Positions 23,805-36,670 of a stretch of DNA of 64,000 nt are shown piece by piece. The stretch is from Podarcis cretensis (taxonomy: Eukaryota): NCBI GenBank assembly GCA_951804945.1, contig OX638165.1, positions 27,528,001-27,592,000 of the forward strand. The letters run 5' to 3'. The translations under genes and the position numbers were made by a program. A model generated the notes under the pieces. That model ran no database searches and was not told where the DNA came from. It saw nothing but the letters and a program-made list of their open reading frames with translations. Numbering within the stretch: the first letter of the stretch is position 1; each line of letters opens with the position of its first letter.

Positions 23805-23895
23805 CTGCCAGTTTGTGGTGTGTGATGACCAGGACTACACAGTTCATTTCACTGACCCAGACACCTTAGTCAACTGGGACTTTGTGGAACAAGTG
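23805..23895 (+). CDS. RNF10: RNF10 exon 4
   Basis: [30 protein letters not shown]. Confidence 0.97.
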
Positions 23896-24053
23896 GTTAG
23901 TAGCAATGCACTTGCCTTGAAAGCTTTATTACACAAACTTAGACAGGTTGGCCACTTACCATTTGAGTTTGGGCTCAGTTCTCCAATCTGTTAAGGTCAT
24001 ATTTTAGAGTGAAACAATAGCACAGTAAATTGTATTCTGTTGCACTTTCCCAG

Positions 24054-24238
24054 CGGATTTGCAGCCATGAAGTCCCCTCTTGCCCGATATGCTTATACCC
24101 GCCTACTGCTGCCAAGATCACTCGCTGTGGGCACATCTTCTGCTGGGCATGCATCCTGCATTATCTCTCTCTGAGTGAGAAGACTTGGAGTAAGTGCCCC
24201 ATCTGTTATGGCTCGATTCACAAGAAAGACCTGAAAAG
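24054..24238 (+). CDS. RNF10: RNF10 exon 5 (C3HC4 RING finger)
   Basis: [42 protein letters not shown]. Confidence 0.98.
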
Positions 24239-24323
24239 GTAAAAGAGGTTCTCTGAGCAGTGCCTTATTTTTTATTGGCTCACAAGTCACCTATCGCTCA
24301 TCACTTCCCTTTTGTTTTTGCAG

Positions 24324-24460
24324 CGTTGTTGCTTTGGAAACCCGTCAGTATGCGATTGGCGACACAATTACGATGCAACTGATGCGACGGGGGAAAGGTG
24401 TCTTGATAGCGCAGCCCAAGTCAAAGCTGGTGAATGTGGAACAGCCTATTCATCTAGGAG
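24324..24460 (+). CDS. RNF10: RNF10 exon 6
   Basis: VVALETRQYAIGDTITMQLMRRGKGVLIAQPKSK..PIHLG. Confidence 0.96.
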
Positions 24461-25627
24461 GTGAGCGGCAAAGAGGGAAGTTCGGTAGACTTTGCTGCCA
24501 TTTGTGCAGTATCCGGGGCATAATCTAGTTCAAAGTTTTCTGGCTTGAGCTGCCTTGAAATGAATAGGAGCAGCACAAAAATCAGTCTTGGCCATGGCTC
24601 CTTGAAGGTGGCAGAACTGTTACTCTGCTGTTGCTCCCTGTATGTAAACTGCCTAGATTCTCTGCTTCAAAAAGCATGTAGCAATTCCCAACAGTAAGTA
24701 TGACCAATGGCTGGGATGATGGGAATTGTAGTTCTGCAAAATCTAGAGGGCCACAGGTGTTCCCTACACCCAACTAGTGCTTTCTTAAGTACAAGGTGGG
24801 ACTAAGCACAATTCTGTGATCGACAAATGATTAAAGTGATCCATTTGACCCCTTCCATTATTTACTGTTACGCCCAGTATTTCACCTCTGTGTTTTAAGT
24901 CTCTGCTTTGCTTCCTCTTCTGTTTTCTCCACCAGGGCTTCGTGATAGCCCAGTGAGGACAATTGATCGGTCACACCTTTTCCACAGTCACATGTCCAAA
25001 ACTTTGCTTGTCCTTAACAAATCAAGCAAGATAACTTCAGCACTAGTAACTTAACTGCTTGGCACATTCCAATGTTGTGGGGTCCAGTGTATCTCATTAG
25101 TTTCCATGTTAGACTACATTTTTAGAGTACAGTATCAGTCATGTCTATTTCTTAAGTGGAGCTATATTTTTTCCAGCTAAGACTTCAAAGGGGTCTGTTG
25201 GACCCTAGTAGCAGGTAGAGAATGAACAAAAGGTTTCAGGTGGTAAAGCAAGGAGTGCTGACTTTTTAGCACCCATGGGCGTCCTTGCAACCCAGAGAGA
25301 CTGTCACGGGCACCACACATCCCAGGCAGCCAGGCACTCACTGCAGCCTAGTATATAGGCTGCAAGTGAAGGCTTCTTTCAAGCCTAATTTAATGGAGGG
25401 GAGCAACCCCTGTGGTTGCTAGGGAAGGCCTCTGCAGGCATATGTAGGTCCAAATTATATAGAGCCCCTAAACAGCTGGGAAAGCATTGCTGCACCTCTG
25501 GCATCGATTCAGACTGTGGCTATAAAGAGAGCAAGCAGATCACAAGAGTGTTAACTTGTAGGATGTCTTCCAACTGGATGGCTACGTTCATCCCAGTGTA
25601 CCATTAACTTGACATGTCTTTGTCCAG

Positions 25628-25788
25628 ATGAGCAACATGGACAGTACTCCAAGCTGCTCCTGGCCTCCAAGGCTCAGGTGCTGCAGGAGGTTATCCTGGA
25701 GGAGAAGGTGGCACTCTTGCGCCAGTACGAGGAGGACAAGCACACACCTGAAGCATGTTTCATTGAGGCTGCCATTCAGGAGCTGAAG
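25628..25788 (+). CDS. RNF10: RNF10 exon 7
   Basis: [34 protein letters not shown]. Confidence 0.96.
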
Positions 25789-26493
25789 GTGAGGCATCAC
25801 CGGGTTCTGAGTAATGTGATATAGGGAAATCTGTGGGTTTTACTAGTTGCTCATGGCACCTGTTCAGTGTGAGTGACTTTGAGCATTTTTATTGTGTATT
25901 TCCCTATTTTGGCAGGTGGCCAAAGGGTGGTTTTTTTTGGGGGGGGAAGGGGTGTTGACAAGCACAAATACTGCTGAAGTTGTAGCTTGAGCAAATAGGA
26001 ATCTTTATTTATTTTGTAAAAATGTATACACCACTTGATTGTAAAAACCCTCAAAGCGGTTTACAAAAAGGTAACGCCATAAAATCAGGGGAAATTTGCA
26101 GTACATTAAAACATGCAAGAAATTAAAATACTAAAAGAGATTAAAAACCACATCAGCATTTCTAAGTATCTGGGTAGGCTTGTCTTTCTTTCTTTCTTTC
26201 TTTTTTTCGGAATAATGGTTTTTTAGGGTTTTTCCCCGTTTACATGATGCTTCCAGTTTTCTCTTTCATCTTCACAATAACCTTGCGAGATGGGTTTGAC
26301 CTTAAGTCACACAGAACCCAGATAGTTTGTTGTCACTGTCACCAGTGCCTGTTTCTTGTTCTCTGGTAGGGCGTAAGTGATGGTTATGCATCGAGAGGCA
26401 CAGTCTGAAACATCTGGAGAGCATCAGGCTGGCAAAGCCTGGTGTATATGTTGATGTGATGCTGAGATTAACAATGTATGGCTTGGCTTTTAG

Positions 26494-26631
26494 GATCGAG
26501 AGGGAAACTTGATGTCCGACAAAAACAGAGAGAGTGATGTTGCAGGAACCACGGCAGCTGTGGAGGCTCTCATTGTGACAGAGTCATCTGACAAAGAAGC
26601 AGCAGCAATAGTAGCGACCCAGGAGAGGAAG
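26494..26631 (+). CDS. RNF10: RNF10 exon 8
   Basis: DREGNLMSDKN..ATQERK; 138 nt, phase 0 to 0, GT-AG; less conserved. Confidence 0.88.
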
Positions 26632-26654
26632 GTGAGAGCTTGAGTTCTGTTGAG

Positions 26655-26901
26655 AGTCAGTGTGGTGTAGTGGTTAAGAGTGATAGACTCGTAATCTGGG
26701 GAACCGGGTTCACATCTCCACTCCTCCACATGCAGCTGCTGGGTGACCTTGGGCTAGTCACACTTCTTTGAAGTCTCTCAGCCCCACTCATCTCACAGAG
26801 TGTTTGTTGTGGGGAAAGAAGGGAAAGGAGAATGTTAGGCGCTTTGAGACTCCTTCGGATAGTGATAAAGCAGGATATCAAACCCAAACTCCTCTTCTTC
26901 T
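26655..26901 (+). mobile_element. MIR/Ther1-derived (Squam3-like) SINE
   Basis: tggtgtagtggttaagag A box, gggttcacatctcc B-box remnant, ctgggtgaccttgggctagtcac CORE, L2-like 3' hairpin, cttcttct tail. Confidence 0.75.
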
Positions 26902-27124
26902 GTTGAAATATTGTTATCTCACTCTATTCAATAACTATTTTAAGGTCATTAGAATGGGGTGAACCTAGCTTCAGTCCTTGTGCCCCAGAGACCATTAAGT
27001 TAGACACTCCAGGGTGACTTCAGGAAAGAGATGGCAGAGATAACTGGAGGGGTTTGAGGGGTTTTGAGGGCTTGCTTGAATGGGTTGAGAAAGATGGATG
27101 TGAACTACTCTCTATTCTTAACAG

Positions 27125-27380
27125 CCTATTCTGGAGTATCTCTCTGCTTTTGAAGAAGAAATCCTGGAGCCACCTCCTGTAGATTCTGCGGCTGCTGTCC
27201 TACCCCCCTTTGAGGTGGAGGAGGCAGCGGGAGTGGATGATGCCGAGGAATCTGGCAGGGACCTACCAGGCACAAGTGAGATGGAAGGAGCCAGTCTGCC
27301 TGAACCTGCCTGCAAGAAACCTGAAACAGCATTCAGCAGTGGGCACCCAAGCACCACCCCTTTCTACTACTTCTATCAAG
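27125..27380 (+). CDS. RNF10: RNF10 exon 9
   Basis: PILEYLSAFEEE..PSTTPFYYFYQ; phase 0 to 1. Confidence 0.95.
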
Positions 27381-27402
27381 GTTAGCTCAACAATGTCAAG
27401 GC

Positions 27403-28099
27403 AAGGGTAGGGAAGCCTTTTGCAGTTCAAGGTCTGCATTTCCTTGTGGGGAACCTTCTGGGGGGGTGCAGCATGTCAGTGGTGGATAGGGCCAAAGGCA
27501 AAAAGTACATAGAGTGATGGATATGGCTACATGTTTGTGCAGTGGACACGCAGTGTCTCTCTACCTTTCATCCAGATGAGCAAGAGATACAGTGGTGCCT
27601 CGCAAGACGAAAAGAATCCGTTCCGCGAGTCTCTTCGTCTTGCGGTTTTTTCATCTTGCGAAGCAAGCCGATTCGCGGATTAGCGCTATTAGCGGCTTAG
27701 GGGCTTAGCGGATCAGCTGATAAGCGGCTTAGCGGATCAGCTGTTTAGCGGCTTAGCGGATCAGCTGATAAGCAGCTTAGCGGCTTAGAAAAAGGGGGGA
27801 GGGAAGAAAACCCACAGGAACTCGCAAGACATTTTCGTCTTGCGAAGCAAGCCCATAGGAAATTTGTTTTGCAAAGCACCTCCAAAACGGAAAACCCTTT
27901 CGTCTAGTGGGTTTTCCGTCTTGCGAGGCATTCGTCTTGCGGGGCACCACTGTACTATCATAATTCAATGTCCATTCCAGCTAGGCAAATCTGCTCACAG
28001 AGGGTACAGAGGCCTGGCTTAGGGGAGGGTCCTGAGGGGCCAAACAGAGAAGCTTGGGGGGCTGCATTTGGACCCCGGGCCTGAGGTACCCCACCCCTG
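27403..28099. mobile_element. Old hAT-like non-autonomous element split by a Tigger-like MITE
   Basis: Starts aagggtagggaagc, ends gggcctgaggtaccccacccctg; related pieces at ~54680-55445 and ~59400-59600. Confidence 0.5.
27590..27952. mobile_element. Tc1/mariner (Tigger/pogo-like) MITE
   Basis: TIRs CAGTGGTGCCTCGCAAGACG / CGTCTTGCGGGGCACCACTG, TA on both sides; internal ~24-bp tandem repeat. Confidence 0.88.
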
Positions 28100-28876
28100 A
28101 TGTAAGGCTTCAGAAGATCACTGTGTGACATCTTCACCAACAATAACTTTCTTCAAGGGAAGCCAGCCTTTTGGGGGCGGGGAAAAGGCCTGGTGACCTT
28201 TAATTACTTCATGGCCTTAAGAGCTTTGGTTGAGGCAGAGACACGTAGCAGAACAAAAAGTGAGGGATTCCCAATGCCCTGTGGAGCGATGCCCTCTCTG
28301 TTTTGTGCTGCACACAAAGGGGGCTCTTAGGTTATTGGTTCCCAAGGATGGATTGAGAGCTACTTCCCTGAAGAATACAGGAGATTCTTTGGTACTCTAC
28401 TCTCAGAAATAAGGAGAATCTGCTATGTTGTTCTAGTTTTGGAGGCAGTGGTGGTGATGCTGAGAAAGCAAAACATCAATAAGGACTCTCAGAAGTGCAA
28501 ATAAAGGCTTAACAACACACAGCATTTCCGGGGATGCCATAATTGAGCAAAACACTATTGAATAGCAGTCCCTGCTAGAGTCTCAAAGGTGCTGTGCAAT
28601 TGATGTTTTGGAACTGGAGTGAGGTGGCTATTCAAGGCAGAATCAAATACCCTACTGGATTATTCCCATTATTATTATTATTATTATTTATTATTAATTT
28701 ATATGCTGCTTAAGTGGCATTTGGCAATTAAAAACCTATGTGCAGCAGCCCCAGGTGCATGCACTGTGTAGACTTGGGGCTGCTGTGTCTCGTAAGTGGT
28801 TCAAGAGAGTAGGGCGCGTTGTCCTGTTTCCCCTGCTTTCCATAACTGTCCTGCAACTTCTCTTCCAATGCTGTAG

Positions 28877-29010
28877 CTGAGGACGGGCAGTGCCTGTACC
28901 TTCACCCAGTGAATGTCCGCTGTCTTGTGCACGAGTATGGCAGCCTGGAGAAGAGCCCAGAGAAGATCACAGCCACTGTGGTGGAGATATCTGGCCACTC
29001 CATGACGGAG
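28877..29010 (+). CDS. RNF10: RNF10 exon 10
   Basis: [45 protein letters not shown]. Confidence 0.97.
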
Positions 29011-29519
29011 GTAACGACACCCAGGATTGCCCTGAGTGTGCATTTTGACTGTGGCTGAGCTGCTGTCTGAGGTATAGGTACCTTCATAGATTTTGCCTTT
29101 GCAAGAATTTATTATCTCCTGGAATGATTTTCTGGCTGTGTGCCGGGAGGTGGGTTTAGGTGCACTTGAGTGTTTCTCACACTTGGAAATACTCATAACT
29201 GGCACTGGCTTGGCTTTATTTGGTAAAAATAAGGCATTTTTTATTGTCATTGACCAGCATTCGCTTTACACAACATGACTTCAGGGAATGGGTATGGGGT
29301 AGGGTTACCATATTTCAAAAAGTGAAAATCCAGACACAAAAGTTTAGCTTTTTCTTTCAAAATCTCCCCCCAAAACCTTCATTTTTTGAGCTCTTTCTAA
29401 GTAAATTCTCCAAAAAATCAACATTTCCGTTATGGGTTGCCATACACCCAGGCAGAGAGGTGTGTTTGAAGGTTGCACAACCAGCTCTCTTCTTTCTAAA
29501 CCCCCAACCCCACCTGCAG

Positions 29520-29637
29520 GACGTGCGGCAGCGTCATCGTTACCTGTGTCATTTGCCACTCACCTGTGAGTTCAGTATCTGTGAACTAGCTTTGAAGCCT
29601 CCTATCATTTCGAAGGAAACACTGCAGATGTTCTCAG
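29520..29637 (+). CDS. RNF10: RNF10 exon 11
   Basis: [39 protein letters not shown]. Confidence 0.97.
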
Positions 29638-30088
29638 GTGAGCATTGGGAAGTTCTGTTTTTCTGTTGCAATTCCCAGTTGTAGCTGAAGAGTTGCTTTC
29701 CACGTAAAATGGGAGTAGCCGGTATGGTGTCCTCCCAATGTTGTTGGACTCCCAAATCCCATCAATCCCATGCCAGCTTGGCCAGTTGTCAGGAATGATG
29801 GGAGTTGCAGTCCAACAGTATCTAGAGGGCACCATGTTAGCCACCCTGATTTAAGGTTCACTGCTGAGAAGAGAAGGGGGCAGGTAATGGATGTGGGTGT
29901 GCTTGGGTTTGGACACAAATATTGGAAAACCGGGAAGTCTAATCCTGCAACAGAAAATGGAAACTGAAACCCCATCATTGTTGGGCTTCTAAAGGAGGTG
30001 CCACTGGGGACTACTACCAAAGGGGGGGCTTTTTCTTTGCTGTTCTGAGCAGTCTGTCTCACCCGGGAACTCTCCCAATGGCTCTTAG

Positions 30089-30190
30089 ATGATATTGAGA
30101 AAAGGAAGCGCCTGAGACAGAAGAAAGCTCGTGATGAGCGGCGTCGGGAGCGCAGGATTGAGATAGAGGAGAACAAGAAGCAAGGCAGAT
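30089..30190 (+). CDS. RNF10: RNF10 exon 12
   Basis: [34 protein letters not shown]. Confidence 0.97.
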
Positions 30191-30550
30191 GTAAGTGGCA
30201 ACCTTGCCCTCCTCATCTATAAAGAAGTGCTTGGTCTGACGCTTGGTGTAGATGGAAGCACCTTAGTAAGTGGGAGGAGAGGGGGGCGGTTGTGACTCAC
30301 GCTGGCCTTTTGTGACCGGGGTGGTATAATTTGAAACAGGCCAGTGAGTATGTAGAAATGACAGGTGGTGGGAATGCCATATTTTAAGCAGTGAAGCTAA
30401 GGAATTTCTCAATGGCAATATGGCTTTAACACCCCTCTGAAAAGGAAGAAGATGCATGAGGGAGTAGATGTCACTTGAATTGATCTGAATCATTGGCATA
30501 GGAGTGAATAACTTTTGTCTCGGAGATAAAACTTTTGGTTTTCTATCTAG

Positions 30551-30688
30551 ATCCAGAGGTTCATATTGCTTTAGAGAACTTGCAGCAGTTCCCTGCCTTC
30601 AGCGCATGCTCCGGAGAGTATGCAGGCACTGAGAACCAGAGTGATGCTCTGCTCTCTCCTGTTGGTTCAAGTCCCATTTCTCAATCAG
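30551..30688 (+). CDS. RNF10: RNF10 exon 13
   Basis: YPEVHIALENLQQFPAF..SSPISQS. Confidence 0.95.
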
Positions 30689-30996
30689 GTGAGCAGCTGA
30701 AAGAGACCTGGGTACCCACTCTCTAAAGGTTTACTTCCACTTCCTTAGCAGAATCATCCATGGGTGGGGTAATGCAGACAAAAGACAGGGGAACTCCTGA
30801 ACAGCAGCTACTGGAAGGAATGTGAGTCCCCAGCTGAATTTAAAATAGCATCAAACATGAAACTAATGAGGCTTGGAAGACCAGTGCCTGAGAAAGAAGG
30901 ATGCACAGGTGCATGAGAGCCTATACCTGCTATCATGCCTCCTTAATAACACAACTCTTAGTTTGTATAGTAAATGTGTGATTTTTCTTCTTGCAG

Positions 30997-31097
30997 AGTC
31001 CATGTATACTCCACTGTCTCCCGCAGGCAGTCTTGGCAGCCCTTCACTCTTTGTTGGAAATCTGGAGGAGGAATCTGCCCTCCCCTCTTTTGCCCAG
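30997..31097 (+). CDS. RNF10: RNF10 exon 14
   Basis: ESMYTPLSPAGSLGSPSLFVGNLEEESALPSFAQ. Confidence 0.95.
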
Positions 31098-31539
31098 GTG
31101 TGTGCTTTGTGCAGGACTTTCCGCTGCACTCAATCAGTTCTTCATTATGAGAATTGTTTAAGGAATCTGCTTGTGATTCAAGCATAAACGAAGCCTGAAC
31201 CCAGAACTACAAAATTGTCCACACTGCTTTATCACGTCTGAGTAAACCACAAAAAGGTGTTTGCTACTATTAACTGTCATGGGCTGGTTGGATGCAGAGT
31301 TGTGGGCGGCACCAGCTGTGACCACTAGGACAGAGCTGTTCTTGTTTCTTTGAATAATGAGTTAACTTCACTGACATCAGGTGCTTTATTGCTGACCTAT
31401 TCCTTACTCCAGCTCCTGACATTAACCTTTAAAGTAGCTTTAGCTGTCCTTTTGAAATGCCCTCCATTGATCTCAAGCCACCTTTAGTCACAGATTGGTA
31501 GCGTGTGGCTGATCTGACTCTTGTACTTGTTTTTGGTAG

Positions 31540-31600
31540 ATGCTGAGGGCTGGAAAAGCTAAACCAGAAACATGGAATAGTTTTCAGCCAAAGAAGAAAG
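31540..31600 (+). CDS. RNF10: RNF10 exon 15
   Basis: MLRAGKAKPETWNSFQPKKK; GT-AG, phase 0 to 1. Confidence 0.93.
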
Positions 31601-32027
31601 GTAAGCCAAGTGATTCTTCTTAGCTTAGTGTCTCCAAGAGGCAGCACCTTTGTAGAGTTGAGTCTATCTTAATTTATAGCCAACTTCTCTATATATGGCA
31701 CCCAAGATCGTCAACACCAATCTTAAAAAATTACGATGAAATGGTTAAAGATGTTTATCAGTTACATTTTGAAATAAAAAATAAAGTCGCTAGCCACGAA
31801 ACACCAAATAGTGACTGCATTAGAGCAAGTTAAAAGGAGCCATAAAGAAAGTCAGCCAAGCCAAAGGCCTGTCTAAATTTATAAAAGCCTTTGTCTTACA
31901 ATGGAAGGATATCACCTCTGATATCCTGATATCTATGTGTGTTTCTTTTCAATGGTGCCTCAGAGCACTTATGACAGAGGCCTGTTCAGACTCCCCAATG
32001 ATTTAAAAACAGCCACTTTTATTTCAG

Positions 32028-32189
32028 AGGAAAACTCCACCCTGGCTCCTCCCGCTCCAGGAGACAGTGATGGGGAGAGTGATAACTCGGACCGTGTACC
32101 TGTGCCTAGTTTCCAGAACTCCTTCAGCCAAGCTATCGAGGCAGCCTTCCTAAAACTGGACAAGCCGTCCACTTCTGACCATCTTTTGG
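32028..32189 (+). CDS. RNF10: RNF10 exon 16
   Basis: [45 protein letters not shown]. Confidence 0.96.
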
Positions 32190-32986
32190 GTAAGAAAAGA
32201 GATGGGAAATAGCCCAGTAGTGTGGGTGGGGGCGCTCAGTTGTGCAGCCCCTTAACACTGATGTAGGGGGAGACTTGCACAACTGCTTGTCTATGGTACA
32301 TTTGCAATGTCCCTCTTGGGTGATGCCTGTCATGGCCATCTCCAATTCAGGTGCTTCTGATAGTAGTACGTAATATTGGAGTACAGTGCAGGGCAAACCT
32401 AGCTAGATATGTTGAACAATGTTTATACAGTCTCACAGTCATCTTTGTTCTGATGCTGTGGGAATTTACTGGCCCAGCTTGATTCTTTGAGGTGTGGAGG
32501 GTTGGTCATGGGACCTACTGCCACTAACTTATGTCCCCACCCTTGCTCTGGCCAGTGACCAGCCAGGCATCCGCGTTTCGAAGGCTTGAATGGGAAGCTG
32601 AAAGTTTTTGATCCAAAGGCTAGGGGACTTGAGAATGAAAGAGCTTGCCAGCGGACGCCTTTCCACAGGAAGCCTGCCCTGGTTCTATATTTCCAGGGAT
32701 GAGTTTTTATTTAGCCCAGGGACAGTGAACCTGTGGGCCTGCAGAGGTTGCTGGACTATATATTTCCCATCATCTTGGGCCATGCAGGCTGCTGTGGCTG
32801 ATGGGAACTGGAGTCCAGCAACATGTCAAAGGCCTAAATGGGCTCCTGTAGCTGCAGGATGATCCCTTAATGCAGGGTGTGTGTATATTTAAAAGGAAAT
32901 TGCTTCTTTGGAGTAAGTCATTAGTTTAGCATCTCTGATAGGGAACATGTTGCGTCTGGTGACTCAGGCTGTTGTTTCTTTTACAG

Positions 32987-33060
32987 AGGAAAAAAGAGGC
33001 AAGAAAAAGAAGCAGAAGCAAAAGTTGCTGTTCAGCACTTCAGTGGTTCATACCAAGTGA
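32987..33060 (+). CDS. RNF10: RNF10 exon 17 (last)
   Basis: EEKRGKKKKQKQKLLFSTSVVHTK-TGA; summed CDS 2442 nt = 813 aa. Confidence 0.96.
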
Positions 33061-33963
33061 TCATACTAATGGACAGATTTCTTCACCTGGTTCTCTTTTG
33101 TTTGCTTTTGTGTTTTTGCTGCTATAGAAAAAAAAGTATTTAAGTTTGGGCAGAATAAGTCTGTTTCTGGGACTTGGGAAGGTGCATAGGAATTAAAAAG
33201 GAGTACTTGTCCAGTTAATACCAAAACAAAGTATTGCATCGCAGAAGCCAAAGTGCCAGGGCTGTGCCAAGTATAACTCCTTTGACCTGGGAAGAATAGT
33301 GTGGTCAGGGTGGCACACTTGCTTGTCACTTGAGGCAAGCAGGGAGCTCCTGATGCTTCCGGCCTGTGTGAAAAGGAGTCTACTGACTGCAGTGGGCTGG
33401 GTGATAACATCTGCTCCTGGCAAATTGGTAACTAAAGGAACCTGGCTATAGAGCATACACTGATTGTTGTGTCGTTTTGATTAGCGCTGCTTATAAAGAA
33501 TTGAGGGGGGGTAGTGGAGGAGGAAATAATTCAACTTATACCTGCTATTTTTAATCTTTTCCCCAAAGGGCAAAAGCTGGGGAAAGGTACTTTGGAAAGG
33601 CTTTCCTGAGTAATCTGATGGGTTCTGGAGGCCAATTGTATTCAGCTAGGCAAGAGAGAGTAATGCCCTTTCTGCTGCTCTTGGGTGTTAATGGTGCTAA
33701 GGTTACTTGGAGAGAAATTAGAATGCCCCCTCCCCCTTTGCGCAGAACTGGTAGCTTGTATGCACATGCAGGTCAAACCCCTAAGGATCTGGAGGTCATG
33801 GTCTTCCGTTTGCTTGGTTCTGGGATTCAGTTTGGGTTTGTATAATGTACATTTTAGCCTTCCATTCTTTTTCTCTCCTCACTCTTCCAGCCCTTACTTT
33901 GTTTTGAGAAGTGGTCTCATTCTGCACTGCTTGTGGCTTGATCTGAAACTAATTACTACTAAA

Positions 33964-34040
33964 AATAAAAGTGTCAGTTCCGTTGAATACAATGAACTTC
34001 AGTGTACCATACCAGCAAGGGTGAATTTAGTTGCAATAAA
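33964..34040 (+). terminator. RNF10 candidate polyadenylation signals (two)
   Basis: AATAAA at 33964-33969 and 34035-34040. Confidence 0.6.
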
Positions 34041-35425
34041 CCATATGCACAAGGTGTTTCCCTGAGTTGTACCTTACTCTCTTTTTAACAGACTATTCTG
34101 CATCAAGCCCTTTTCATTTAAGTCCTGGTAACAGTGTTTTCTGTGACCAGGAAACAAATGTCCTCCAACCAAACCTGGCTTCCCGTTTATTTAAGGGAAG
34201 ACACCAAAGACAGTTTTAGTATCTGAGGGTCCTATAAAAGCTGTAATGTACAAAAGCTGACCTTGGTGCCAGTTTTTATTTTGGCCGAATTAGCTTAGAC
34301 TTAATGTGGCTTTAGCAGCTAAGCATTTACAATTTTTGTACTTTGGACAAAAGCCTAAAGCAGGCTTTGCCAACCTGGAACCATGCAAATGCTTTGGACT
34401 ACAGCTCTCATCTAGTGAGTCATAGGTAGTCATAAGAACATAAGATCCTGTATCAGGCCAGCGGCCAATCTAGTCCAGTATCCTGTCCTCACTGTGGCCA
34501 ACCAGATGCCTATGAGAAACCAGCAAGCAAGACCCAAGCACAAGAGCAATCTCTCCTCCTGTGGCTTCTAGCACCTAGTATTCAGCAGCATTGTTGCCTC
34601 TAGCTGTGAAGTCAGAGCATATAGCATCTATCATGGCCAGTAGCAATCAATAGCACTCTCCTCCAAATCATGGAAGGGGCACCACATTAGCACAAAGCCT
34701 GGCCCAGACTAAAAACAACAAAGCAGAGGATATTTTCCTTCCCGCTTGGCTGCAGGTTCTATTGACACAGCAATTGTTTCACTGGAGAAGGCCAAGCTGT
34801 TACCACCAAACATATTTTTAGAAGGTGGCAGGGAACACACTTCACATGATGCCTCTTCCTCCCCATTGCAGTTGCGTTATTCTCCGTTGTTTGGCAAATT
34901 GTGCCTCATCATTCTCAGTGCCAATATGGTCTCTACCCATCGAACCATGCAGTCAATTAGCTCTTGCCAGTGCCAAGGGATATGTGCCAAGATTCACCGG
35001 GGGGGGGGGCATGTGTAGCCCCCCACAAATGTGGCCTTCAAGGATTTAGAGCAGCCTTCCCCAGCCTGAGAAATGTTGGACTACAACTGCTGGCTGATGG
35101 GAGTCCAAAACCTCTCTGGGGCACCAGGTTGGGAAAGACTGCTTTACAGGAAGAACAGGATGAAAATGGAATGTCTGACTGCTCTGTTTCAGCTAGCTTG
35201 TGATAGAGGGGGTTATCAAACTTAAAACGCGCTCTGCGTGCAAGCAACAGGTGGGCTGCTCTCCCAAGAAAGTATTAAGCTCAGCCGGGGGACAGAGGCA
35301 GATGTACAGTTATGTGGATACTAGCAGTAGCATCTTATTTTGACACGGCTATCCACAAGCCTTCACTATGAACAGGCTGCAAACTAGGTGACAGTACATT
35401 GACATAACTATTTGCTTTTATCTAT

Positions 35426-35431
35426 TTTATT
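35426..35431 (-). terminator. POP5 candidate polyadenylation signal
   Basis: AATAAA on the minus strand about 118 nt after the stop. Confidence 0.6.
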
Positions 35432-35548
35432 ACCATATACATTAACTGCTGTAAAAGGAACTGGGGGAGAGAAATATTGATCCTTGCCAGCAAGAATCCC
35501 TCATATAAATGGCCTTGTCCTACAAGAGTCCCCAGACTGCTGCTTTGT

Positions 35549-35655
35549 TCAGGCCATCTCTGTGCTAACATCGCTGTCTTCATCGTGACTCTGAAACTGC
35601 TGCTCTCCCACAAGTGCACAGCTCTGCATCGACTTCTGGATGGCTTGTCTGTCTG
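35549..35655 (-). CDS. POP5: RNase P/MRP subunit POP5, exon 5 (last)
   Basis: ADRQAIQKSMQSCALVGEQQFQSHDEDSDVSTEMA-TGA; tandem CAGCAG acceptor. Confidence 0.9.
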
Positions 35656-36500
35656 CTGTGTAAAAAAAAGAAAAGTTAAACTCAAAAGACATTGTGATAT
35701 ACAAGGCAGTCTAGGGTGGTGCTTTTCTACCTTTGTGTTGGCCCTCTTCTACTGTTGGCAAAGGATTCTGGGCAGCCTACCAGCTGTAAAGGCTAGAAAC
35801 TTTTTTAAAAACAGAGATTGCCTGGAAGCAATCTGCACTGCTACCCTATCCAGTAGGTATGGGTGCAGAACTGGTTATGGCCTCACCCTACATGGGTCAC
35901 TTTTGAGAAAAATGGCTAGTCTCCCTGTGCTAATCAGCCACCAGGTATCATATGATTCAAAAGGAGAATTAAGGGCACACTGTGTATGCTGCCGAGTCTT
36001 CATTTGCAGGCTTTTCTTGAATTCGAAGCAGCAGGCTACAAAAGTCCCTGCCAAAAGCAAGACTTGCACTTGAGCTCCCAAATGCAGCCTGCAATTGGTG
36101 CTGAATGCCCCACCTGCCTGAGAAATAATCTGGAGTGCACTGTAAGGCTTCTAGATGTCCCTTTATAGCTGTGGCTTGGCCCACAACCCTGCTGTTGTTA
36201 TTTCATGCTCCCACAAAACTATAACAGGCAGCCCTTCACTAGGTAAATACTCACGTGGCAGCAGCATGCTACCCACCACAACCAGATCAATGGAAACTCA
36301 GTAGACCCCACAACCTGTTCAGAGGGAGAGGCAGTGCCCCACCTGAACCCACTAGGAGAGAAGCAGCCTCCACATTCCACTCTGCCTCAAGCTCAACAAT
36401 TGTTTTAATGATTCTTCTCACAGAGGCTCTAGTGGCTAGAGCTCTAGGCTCTAGTCTAGCCTGCCCCCATTTTAACGCTCCAAGCCAAGCGGTTTGTTAC

Positions 36501-36584
36501 CTTCATTGGAGCAATTGCGTAGCAGCAGGAGCAGCTGGTCCTTGTTGTACTGGATTAGGAATTTCTGACACCTCCGTATTGTAG
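36501..36584 (-). CDS. POP5: POP5 exon 4
   Basis: ATIRRCQKFLIQYNKDQLLLLLRNCSNE; phase 1 to 1. Confidence 0.95.
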
Positions 36585-36670
36585 CTGATGGAGGAAAAAG
36601 AGAGCATATGCATCAGCAACGCCAGAAGCAAAGGCAACTGTGCTTACATGCTACAGCAGTGTGTCCAAAC

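Noticed and set aside
27690-27790. CRISPR-like repeat array
   Set aside because: Vertebrate DNA; units are contiguous without unique spacers and lie inside a MITE.
35477-36073. 198-aa ORF antisense to POP5 exon 5
   Set aside because: Non-ATG start, no recognisable homology, partly the shadow of a real exon.
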